Of a stretch of DNA of 64,000 nt, positions 57,201 through 64,000 are shown piece by piece. The position numbers and the translations under genes are program-made. The DNA is from Fimbriimonadales bacterium (GTDB lineage Bacteria > Armatimonadota > Fimbriimonadia > Fimbriimonadales > JABRVX01), in contig BTVI01000001.1 in assembly GCA_045862955.1 (NCBI GenBank), positions 32,001 to 96,000 of the forward strand, given 5' to 3'. The notes below the pieces were generated by a model. That model saw nothing but the letters and a program-made list of their open reading frames with translations. It made no database searches and was not told where the DNA came from. Positions within the stretch are counted from its first letter, which is position 1. Every line of letters begins with the position of its first letter.

Positions 57201-57322
57201 TCGTCGTCAGAAGTCCGTACGAGCGCACGGCCCGAGCGACGGTGAATGGGCTGCCCGTCGAGCTACTCGACAACGGCGTAACCATCGAGGGCCCCGCCGA
57301 AGTGCGATTCTGGCCCCGCTAG
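54218..57322 (+). CDS. Secreted multidomain protein: CBM-like + discoidin (F5/8C) + (alpha/alpha)6 glycosidase-like domain
   Basis: Signal peptide; CIA30/CBM11-like N-domain; WRS..QWIALDFG..SDDGRSW discoidin; QPGSRSYERSWMRDG, SISHEGY..HSYWD, GDIPHTW. Confidence 0.8.
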   Translation: MIAFVVALSLSAVSQETARLDDFEDLSSWRPITSEGVVLRLSQAEGRTGKALRMEYDFQGRGGFVIAEKRISLPLPENYEFSFWIRGKSPVNNLEFKLGDESGENVWWNNQIGYEFPSEWTQVRLRKRHIRFAWGPRGGGDLQKAVTLQFVVAAYTGGKGEVLFDDLRFRELPPVRSYSGVPAVSASSEVRGFPARNVTSGDRGWRSTTTGEQWIALDFGQQREFGGLVLRWDEQRYPTRFRIEGSDDGRSWSTLEEVAQAAGGTTYHYLPDSEARHLRIVMHDGPGGCYHLNALEVKDLSFGDGHNAFFRAIAKDHPLGWFPRTTRGEAGYWTVVGAAGGQREALISEDGAVELDKRSLSLEPMLYADGRLWTWADGQTTQGLDGDTLPLPFVTRSHGSFELRVTPFMTEDDSETLCVTYEIANRSPDTRTCTLYVALRPFQVNPPYQMLNTIGGVTPIRRLSLSRDQALINDSVRLESVPPATRVGAAPFHVGDITKYLAQNSLPDRDDLTDSFGFASGAFAYDLQLRPWERMSVTLVSPHSDKPTALRTQRDLDIQRMRARGVWRAKEAGAAVSLPTAVRDYERLLKANIAYILVNRDGPGIQPGSRSYERSWMRDGALTSAALLRWGCTEEVRQFIEWFASYIPPNGAVPCVVDRRGADPVPEHDSHGQFLYIVAEYYRFTKDHEFLERIYPTVCKVVDHIRTLRAKRMTSEYQTEEKRAYYGLIPESISHEGYSAKPMHSYWDCFFIARGLRDVVEIARALGKNDEADDFAALAADFSRSLRNSLDLTIEKHGIDFVPGCVELGDFDPTSTAIGVFPCAVTDCVPAEALERTFDRYMEFHRDRASGRKPWDVYTPYEIRIASALLLMGRRDQAHEILGFFRTHVRPPGWLHWAEVVRRDPRKPGFIGDIPHTWVGSEFVKFVRNVLVYEDDDRGALVLGAGILAAWFQDGECIKVAGLPTHFGKVSYEVAAEDDVIVFSVRQAPAAPGGIVVRSPYERTARATVNGLPVELLDNGVTIEGPAEVRFWPR

Positions 57323-57364
57323 CACGTTTTTGGGAGGATTCTCGACGATATCGGCGTTCAGCAC

Positions 57365-57420
57365 TTGCCGTTCAGCGGAACATGTGTTATCATAATCCTG
57401 CGTTGCTGAAAGCATTCAGC
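57365..57420 (+). promoter_or_regulatory. sigma70 promoter and LacI-type operator O3
   Basis: TTGCCG (57365-57370)-N17-TATCAT (57388-57393) with extended TG; near-palindrome gctgaaagcattcagc (57405-57420). Confidence 0.7.
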
Positions 57421-57450
57421 AAGCCAATCTAGACGTGGAGCGAGAGGACG

Positions 57451-59163
57451 ATGATGTCACGCACTCTGGGCGCCCTGGCCCTTGCCGCGCTGAGCGCCAC
57501 TTTGGCCAACGCCCAATTCTCGTCGATCAAAGTTATCGAAAGGGTTTGGAACGATAACCCCAGCTCCGTGCTGACGGTCACGAACAACTACCCCGTGAGC
57601 GTTCAGTTCGCGGAGACCGGGCTCAACAACGGCATCAACCGCCATCTATGGTACTTCTCTGGGGATGGCGGAGCAACGGAAGCGACTTTCAACAACACGG
57701 ATTACTGGCATGTCGCCATGGACGTGAAGATTGACCCGACCCCGAGCGGCACTCCTCGTCAGGAAGCCGGCATTTATTTCAACTACAACGGCTGGGACGG
57801 CGTGATGATGGTCGCGTCCGACGGCGAGGTTGCTTGCTTCGGGTACATCCTGCCATTCTGGTCCGTCCCGAACGGCTACACAGCCGGCACGACCATTCGT
57901 ATCGGCATCCGATACTTCTACGATCCCGTCGAGGGAAAGAACAAGTTCGAGTATTACGCCGGCAACAATCGCGTGATCCTCACACCGGGCAACCTGGAGC
58001 AGGGAATCATCAACGGCACCAAGATCGGTGCGTACATTCAGCACCAGGGCTCGGCATCGAACCCGCGCGACGTGACGACCACCATGAGCCACATCGTCGC
58101 GGGCATGGACGACGTCGACTTCGCTTCGGTGCGGATCATTCCTCGGGTCTTTAACGACAATCCGCTCTCGAATCTAACGATTACTGACCAGTACCCGAGC
58201 TACCTCGAGTTCCTGGAGACTGGGCTCAACGTGTGGATCAACCGCCACGTGTGGTACTTCTCTCCGGACGGTGGCGCCACCGACTCGTCCTTCGACAACA
58301 ACGAGTACTGGAACATCGCGATGGACGTCACGATAGATCGCCTGCAGGGCTCGGTCCATCGGCAGGAAGCAGGCATGTACTTCAACTACAATGGCTGGGA
58401 CGGCCAGTTCATGGTAGCGTCCGATGGCGAGGTGGCGGTCTTCGGCTATATGTTGCCATTCCACACTTTCGGCAACATCTACACGGCCGGTGACACGATC
58501 ACCATCGGCATGCGTTACTTCTACGATCCGACGGACGGGTTGCGCAAGCTCGAGTACTATGCCGGCGATCAGGTAGTCGTCAAGGTCCCCGACAACGCCG
58601 AGCAGGGACTGCTCGACGGCACCAAGATTGGCGGCTACGTGCAGCACTGGGGATCGTCGAGTGACCCGACCGATACGATGACAACGATTAGTCACATCAC
58701 TGGCGTGAAGCTGGAGGCAGCGCCGCCGGTCGCTACGCTAGAAGGAACCGTGAACCTCGACCTGTTCGTGGGCGATCCTGCCACGCAGTCTGCGAACCTA
58801 GAGCTTCGCTCGCCGGGAACGCAGACTGTCTTGTACAGCTACCCAATCACCCTGTCCGGCTTCAGCGGTTACCTCGTTCCGAATGTCGCGACAGGAACCT
58901 TCGATATCGCACTGAAGTTCCCGCACTTCCTGCGGTCGGTTGCGACCAACGTGGTGTTGGGTCCCGGCGCGAACTACCAGGACTTTAATGTCACCAACGG
59001 CGACGCGTTCCCCGACAACTCGGTGGGGCTGCAAGACCTGAATGCTGTGCTCATCAACTTCGGTGGCGCGGATGCGCTCTCGGACCTGGACGGAGACGGT
59101 ACGGTCGCCATCGGTGATCTGAATATCATCCTGATTAACTTCGGCAAGGTAGGCGACCTGTAG
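57451..59163 (+). CDS. Secreted protein with two ~200-aa repeated beta domains and a C-terminal dockerin-like (double EF-hand) module
   Basis: Signal peptide ending ANA-Q; repeats start at 57517 and 58120; C-terminal NGD..DNSVGLQDLN..FG / DLDGDGTVAIGDLN..FG. Confidence 0.85.
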   Translation: MMSRTLGALALAALSATLANAQFSSIKVIERVWNDNPSSVLTVTNNYPVSVQFAETGLNNGINRHLWYFSGDGGATEATFNNTDYWHVAMDVKIDPTPSGTPRQEAGIYFNYNGWDGVMMVASDGEVACFGYILPFWSVPNGYTAGTTIRIGIRYFYDPVEGKNKFEYYAGNNRVILTPGNLEQGIINGTKIGAYIQHQGSASNPRDVTTTMSHIVAGMDDVDFASVRIIPRVFNDNPLSNLTITDQYPSYLEFLETGLNVWINRHVWYFSPDGGATDSSFDNNEYWNIAMDVTIDRLQGSVHRQEAGMYFNYNGWDGQFMVASDGEVAVFGYMLPFHTFGNIYTAGDTITIGMRYFYDPTDGLRKLEYYAGDQVVVKVPDNAEQGLLDGTKIGGYVQHWGSSSDPTDTMTTISHITGVKLEAAPPVATLEGTVNLDLFVGDPATQSANLELRSPGTQTVLYSYPITLSGFSGYLVPNVATGTFDIALKFPHFLRSVATNVVLGPGANYQDFNVTNGDAFPDNSVGLQDLNAVLINFGGADALSDLDGDGTVAIGDLNIILINFGKVGDL

Positions 59164-59189
59164 TCTGCCGCGCTGATAGATGCTCCTAA

Positions 59190-59219
59190 AGCGGCCCCGG
59201 CGAATGCGCCGGGGCCGCT
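59190..59219. terminator. GC-rich hairpin ending the glucan locus
   Basis: 13-bp stem agcggccccggcg/cgccggggccgct; no strong U-tract on the + strand. Confidence 0.5.
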
Positions 59220-59446
59220 GCTCCAAAGCTGACGAGGGCCGGCGCGTCGAGTAGTGTTCGGCCGCAGTCCTGCGGGTGGTGGGCATGGTAGCGCGCTGTC
59301 CCATACGGGCGCCCCCTTTTACCACTCGAGAGCAGCAGCCCAAGACAGCCATGCCACCGGCCCGCCACCCGCTCGAGCGTGGCCGGAAGGCTGGGCGCAT
59401 GCTTGGGTAGAATCGCGCAATCCAAGAACCGGGGGGTTGTGGGGAC

Positions 59447-60088
59447 ATGCCTCCTCCAGTCAAAGTGCCTTTGCCCACGTTAGAGCGTCTGGCAACGTAC
59501 CTGCGTCTGCTGTACGAGCTAGAGCAGCAAAACGTACCGACGATCTCGTCCGCGGATGTGGAGCAGCACACCGGGATTGCCGCGCCGCAGTTCCGCAAAG
59601 ATCTTTCTTACTTTGGCGACTTCGGCAAGCCAGGCGTCGGATACGACGTCGCGGCGCTTTTAGCCTCTATTGCCCGCATTCTCAAGGTGGATCGAGCACG
59701 ACGCATCCTGCTCATCGGGACGGGAAACCTGGGTGCTGCGCTCATCGGGTATCCCGGCATGAGCGAGCACAACTTTCACATTGCAGCCGCATTCGACAAC
59801 AATCCGGCCAAGGTGGGGCAGCGGTTCAGCAACCTGCACGTGCGAGATATTAGCACCCTAGCACACGCGAACCGCGAGATCGGTGCGAAGATGGCTATTC
59901 TCGCCGTGCCTGCCAGCGCTGCGCAGGAAGTGGCGGATGCATGCGTCGCTGCGGGTGTCGAAGTGATGCTGAACTTCGCTCCCACCCACATCCGGGTGCC
60001 CAGCCACGTCCATGTTCGTAATGTGTCGTTCCTCCAGGAGCTTGCCGTGCTGTCATACAACCTGGACGACCGCGATGCCGAGACGTAG
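59447..60088 (+). CDS. rex: Redox-sensing transcriptional repressor Rex
   Basis: PTLERLATYLR, QFRKDLSYFGDFGKPGVGY, IGTGNLG, AAFDNNP, LNFAP. Confidence 0.96.
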   Translation: MPPPVKVPLPTLERLATYLRLLYELEQQNVPTISSADVEQHTGIAAPQFRKDLSYFGDFGKPGVGYDVAALLASIARILKVDRARRILLIGTGNLGAALIGYPGMSEHNFHIAAAFDNNPAKVGQRFSNLHVRDISTLAHANREIGAKMAILAVPASAAQEVADACVAAGVEVMLNFAPTHIRVPSHVHVRNVSFLQELAVLSYNLDDRDAET

Positions 60089-60091
60089 AGG

Positions 60092-61684
60092 ATGCCCACT
60101 GAGCCGAGCGACACCGAGCAGTTCGACTTCCTGGTAGTAGGCAGCGGAATCGCTGGTCTGACCTTTGCGCTGAAAGCAATCGGCCACGGGTCGGTGTGCG
60201 TAGTCACCAAACAGGACCTACCGGAGTCCAACACCGCATACGCCCAAGGAGGGATCGCTGCGTCGGTCGGGGAGATGGACTCGTGGTCGCTGCATGAACA
60301 GGACACGCTGACCGCTGGCGCAGGGCTGTGCGACCCCGACGCCGTCCGGCTCGTGGTACGAGAGGCGCCGCGGCTCGTCCACTGGCTGATAGATATCGGG
60401 GCGCAGTTCGACCGAACGCCGGGGCCCGACGGCCTTCCGCAGCTTGCTCTGGGACGCGAGGGGGGACATAGTCGCAATCGGATACTGCATTCGGCTGATC
60501 GCACCGGTTGGGAGATCATGCGGGCCTTGGCCGAAGCGACCCGCTCGCAACCGGACATTCTGGTGCGCGAGTACTGCTCCGCAGTTAGGCTATCGGTGAG
60601 AGACGGTGAGTGCCTGGGTGCATGGGTCTGGGATGCTCGCGCGCAACGGCTAGTGGCCATCCGTGCCCGCGCTGTGGTGCTGGCTACCGGTGGCTGCGGG
60701 CAGGTGTACCGTTACACGACCAACCCGCCTATCGCTACAGGGGACGGGATCGCGATCGCTCGCCGGGCCGGAGCGGTGCTTGCCAACATGGAGTTCATGC
60801 AGTTTCACCCTACCTCGCTCTACCATCCGCATGCCCGAGCCTTCCTCATCTCCGAGCGGGTGCGTGGGGAGGGCGCGCGGCTGATCAACGCAGAGGGCAA
60901 ACGGTTCATGGAAGGGCTGCACCCGATGGCAGAGCTGGCTCCACGCGACATCGTGGCGAGGGCGATAGACACCGAGATGAAGCGCACCGGAGCGGAGTGC
61001 GTGTATCTGGACATGTCCCACCTGCCTGCGGAGCGGATCCGTGACCTGTTCCCGATGATCTACGAGCGGTGTCTGTCGGTGGGTTTGGACATCTCGCGTG
61101 AGCCGATCCCCGTGACTCCTGCCGCGCACTACTCGTGCGGAGGGGTGTGGACGGACCTATGGGGGCGGACCAGCATCTCTCGGCTCTATGCGTGTGGCGA
61201 GGTCGCCTGCAACGGCCTGCATGGCGCAAATCGCCTTGCCAGCAACTCGTTGCTGGAGGCGCTGGTATTCGGTGAGCGCGCTGCAATCCAAGCCGCCGAG
61301 CTGCCTCCCGTTCAGGGGAACTTGCCCGATGAGGCGGGCGAACCGCTGCCCTCCGTCGGGCCGGACCCCGGTGCGGTTCGGACAGGAGTGCAGAACGTGA
61401 TGTGGCAGGACGTGGGCATCGTTCGGACCGATGTGGGGTTGCAGAGAGCACTGCTATCGCTTCAAGCGCTAGCGGGCAGTGTGGGCAGACCTGCCACCAC
61501 TGGCACGGTTGCCGAACAGATGGAAGCGGCCAACCTACTCACCTGCGGAGAGGCCATTGTGCAGTGCGCGTTAATGCGAAGAGAAAGCCGCGGCGGGCAC
61601 TTCAACGCGGACTGCCCGGATCGAGACGACCTTCGCTGGTCGCACCCGACGCTGCTGGGCCGATCCGAATCGCAACCGCAATAG
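60092..61684 (+). CDS. nadB: L-aspartate oxidase
   Basis: VVGSGIAGL, SNTAYAQGGIA, REGGHS..RILH, QFHPT, ELAPRD, HYSCGG, GLHGANRLASNSLLE, RRESRGGH. Confidence 0.95.
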   Translation: MPTEPSDTEQFDFLVVGSGIAGLTFALKAIGHGSVCVVTKQDLPESNTAYAQGGIAASVGEMDSWSLHEQDTLTAGAGLCDPDAVRLVVREAPRLVHWLIDIGAQFDRTPGPDGLPQLALGREGGHSRNRILHSADRTGWEIMRALAEATRSQPDILVREYCSAVRLSVRDGECLGAWVWDARAQRLVAIRARAVVLATGGCGQVYRYTTNPPIATGDGIAIARRAGAVLANMEFMQFHPTSLYHPHARAFLISERVRGEGARLINAEGKRFMEGLHPMAELAPRDIVARAIDTEMKRTGAECVYLDMSHLPAERIRDLFPMIYERCLSVGLDISREPIPVTPAAHYSCGGVWTDLWGRTSISRLYACGEVACNGLHGANRLASNSLLEALVFGERAAIQAAELPPVQGNLPDEAGEPLPSVGPDPGAVRTGVQNVMWQDVGIVRTDVGLQRALLSLQALAGSVGRPATTGTVAEQMEAANLLTCGEAIVQCALMRRESRGGHFNADCPDRDDLRWSHPTLLGRSESQPQ

Positions 61685-63305
61685 GCCGTTGCCGCTCCGG
61701 TACCGGAACCATCCACTTGCCCGCTGCGCCTCTCGCGACGCTGGTCTCGAGACCATCCACCTCTACCGTCCGGACGCGGGAGCCGTCTGGACCTCCGATA
61801 GCGAAGGCGGGCCCAGGCGCGAGCCTCAACCGGACCACCGACGCGTTGTCGGCATCGTACTCTGCCCGCAGTAACCGACCGAGGGGCGGATGTTCCAGGA
61901 CTAGTGGGGGCTCATCGCCCTTTGGAAATCGGGGAGCGGCCAATGCGAGTCGGGCCGCAAGGTAGCGAACCCGGTCGAAATCACGAGGCTGCCAACGCAC
62001 CAACAGCGCCCGCGCGGCGACATCGGAACACTGGGAGAGGAGCTTCGCGTGCGGCAGTCGGCCCTCCGGCATCGGCAGCAGAGTTGCCCAGTCCATGTGC
62101 AGAGCCACGATGGCGAGACACCGAGCGAGGGCATCCTGCCAAGCGGCATCGGGGCCGCACCAGTCGAGAGCTGCGAGCAGGAGCGCGGCAGCCTCCGTGT
62201 GCTCGGCTAGGTCTGCGCCTCGCGCACGGATGAGCGTAGGCACGCCTCGGCGGGTAATCGGCTCGGTCCAATCCTGCCACGACGCCTCCTTCGCCAGCTC
62301 CGTCGCAAGGGCGCGCAGACGGTTGCGGAGCAGCTGCTGATCGTCATCGGTCAGTAGGAACCGGAGGTCGTAGGCATGTAGGTAATCCGCGACAGAGCGC
62401 GCGGTGCGCATCGCCTCCGCCGCCTCGCTGCGGCGTGCCACATTGGAAGGCTCCACCAACGCCGACGGTGGCGCCAGCGAGTAGCTAGCCGACCCCGACG
62501 CCAGAACACGGAGCGTTCCCTCGGCGGTCTGAATATCGGCGAGTCGGGAAGCCGATGCGGGTGGCGCTTTGGCCACGACCGCGGGCGGTACGAGCCCCCA
62601 AGCCTCGGTGATCGCGAGGCGCCCAGTTTCCGGCTCCCATCGGAGCTTCGGCTCGCCGCTCGGCTGCGATTTGGCGAGTACATCGGCGATTGGTGCGACC
62701 CGCGCAGCGAGGGCCCCCAGATCGGCCGCACCACCGGATGCCACGTGCTCGATCCCCAACGGCGCGAGTAGGCGGACCCATCCGAGCCTCTCTGCCTCGA
62801 CGCGCAGCACCAGGTCACCCCCGGTACGGACAAGCAACACCTCGCGGGGTGGGCTGGAAAAACAGATGGCTAGGCACGGTGCATCCGGACTGCCCGACAG
62901 CAGCAGCCACGGCTGGTCGGTCGGCGCGGGCACACCTTCGCCAACGCTGCCACCGGGCCAGGTGAGGAAAGCCTTGTCCCACCCGTTTATTCGCAGGTTC
63001 ATGGTCGTTGCGAAAGCGAGGTCGAGAGCCGGCAGGGCCACATGCAGCCGGAGCTTTTCGGGCCCGCCTGTAGCACCACCTCCCGCGATGACCTTTTGCA
63101 GGCAGCTTGTGCTAGAAAGCACCGCCCCGCGCACGGGAGCGGCGAAGCGGAAGTCCGGCCCAGCAGTCCGGAAGCGGAATCCATCCCGCTCTACGATGAA
63201 GCAAGGGAGTGTATACGGGAAGGTACCACTGAGCCTACCGACGGCTACGACCTCTGCATCGGCCCCAGCCCAGAGAAGCCCTAGGAGCGCGAGCACGAAG
63301 CTCAT
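61602..63305 (-). CDS. Hypothetical secreted protein
   Basis: 567-aa ORF with signal-like N-terminus, 11 nt downstream of the barrel gene; no recognisable motif. Confidence 0.65.
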   Translation of the reverse strand: MSFVLALLGLLWAGADAEVVAVGRLSGTFPYTLPCFIVERDGFRFRTAGPDFRFAAPVRGAVLSSTSCLQKVIAGGGATGGPEKLRLHVALPALDLAFATTMNLRINGWDKAFLTWPGGSVGEGVPAPTDQPWLLLSGSPDAPCLAICFSSPPREVLLVRTGGDLVLRVEAERLGWVRLLAPLGIEHVASGGAADLGALAARVAPIADVLAKSQPSGEPKLRWEPETGRLAITEAWGLVPPAVVAKAPPASASRLADIQTAEGTLRVLASGSASYSLAPPSALVEPSNVARRSEAAEAMRTARSVADYLHAYDLRFLLTDDDQQLLRNRLRALATELAKEASWQDWTEPITRRGVPTLIRARGADLAEHTEAAALLLAALDWCGPDAAWQDALARCLAIVALHMDWATLLPMPEGRLPHAKLLSQCSDVAARALLVRWQPRDFDRVRYLAARLALAAPRFPKGDEPPLVLEHPPLGRLLRAEYDADNASVVRLRLAPGPAFAIGGPDGSRVRTVEVDGLETSVARGAAGKWMVPVPERQRPIAVAIRIGPAASGATSEGRLDPGSPR

Positions 63306-63316
63306 CGTTGCACGGC

Positions 63317-64000
63317 CTAGAACGGTGCAGCCAGCATCTCGATGCCGAAGCGCCGATCAATGCTGGACCAGCGTAGGGCAATCTCGCGGTAGCCGAGGCG
63401 GTAGCCGAGCAGGAACGAGTGATCACGGAACGTGGACCCCGGGCCGTCATCCCAGGTATAGCCGAATCCCACGCGCCACAGCTTCGAGAGGCCGATGGAC
63501 GCATCACCGAATAGGGTGGTCGCATCTTTGTCCAGGCTGCGGATTGCGTACACGCTGGCGGAGAGCGAGCCCGCGTTGGCCACCAACTGGGTGCTGAGCC
63601 GGTGCATCCCGAAACTGGAGACGCCGAACTGGTTGCGGTTGTACTCGTAGTTCAGGGAGAGCGAGGCGGTGGGACCGAGCATGTAGGAGGAGCTGACCGT
63701 GGCGAGGACAGCCAACCCGTCCCCTGCCCCGCGCCCCCATAGCTGGGTGAGCACCAAGCCGGTGCTCAGCGAGCCGCCTGCCACCTGCATGGGCACCGTT
63801 CTGGCCCGGTAGCGCAGGCCGTAGCCGCGGCGAGTCGTCATCCCCTGACCTGCATCGTATTGCTGATAGGTCGCGGTAAGACCCACACTGTGATAGGCGG
63901 TCTTTCCGAAGAACGGGATGGGGGTCGTCTCTAGCGAAAGGTCCGCCCGCCGGTCGGAGGTCTGGGTCCCGCGCAGGGCCGTCCGACCCGAGGCGGACAA
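63317..64000 (-). CDS. Outer-membrane beta-barrel protein, C-terminal part (possibly LptD-like)
   Basis: Alternating amphipathic beta strands (LSLNYEY, VGFGYTW, LLGYRLG) and a terminal Phe; 5' end lies outside the window. Confidence 0.55.
   Translation of the reverse strand: MSASGRTALRGTQTSDRRADLSLETTPIPFFGKTAYHSVGLTATYQQYDAGQGMTTRRGYGLRYRARTVPMQVAGGSLSTGLVLTQLWGRGAGDGLAVLATVSSSYMLGPTASLSLNYEYNRNQFGVSSFGMHRLSTQLVANAGSLSASVYAIRSLDKDATTLFGDASIGLSKLWRVGFGYTWDDGPGSTFRDHSFLLGYRLGYREIALRWSSIDRRFGIEMLAAPF

Noticed and set aside
59340..59446. Rex operator upstream of rex, gap or the POR operon
   Set aside because: No convincing TTGTGAA-N4-TTCACAA palindrome was found by eye.

Overview
GC-rich bacterial chromosomal window, probably Armatimonadota/Fimbriimonadia. 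This is an inference from the Terrabacteria-type dcw cluster with DUF881/DUF1290, an outer-membrane barrel gene, a DUF1559 prepilin-like gene and a dockerin-like C-terminal domain. Housekeeping content: pgk/gap, a 2-oxoacid:ferredoxin oxidoreductase operon, a large dcw cluster (mraZ to ftsZ, with a MurC-Ddl fusion), dapF, rex and nadB. The main accessory block (about 41-59 kb) is a LacI-controlled glucan-utilisation locus, most likely for beta-1,2-glucan. It carries two GH144-like enzymes, a GH94 phosphorylase, an SBP-permease fusion, a discoidin/six-hairpin enzyme, a pilin-like DUF1559 protein, a tiny membrane protein and a tandem-domain dockerin-like secreted protein, with a PilB/GspE ATPase just upstream. 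Three copies of a palindromic operator tie the locus together. Other signals read from the DNA: two structured intergenic regions that are candidate ncRNAs, a recurring SigH-like promoter motif (G[CT]AGGA-N17-CGAA, four copies), a REP/REPIN repeat array, an unannotated 42-aa lipoprotein, a divergent RocB / ArcE-like pair, and two probable pseudo-enzymes. No tRNA, rRNA, CRISPR array or transposase was found.
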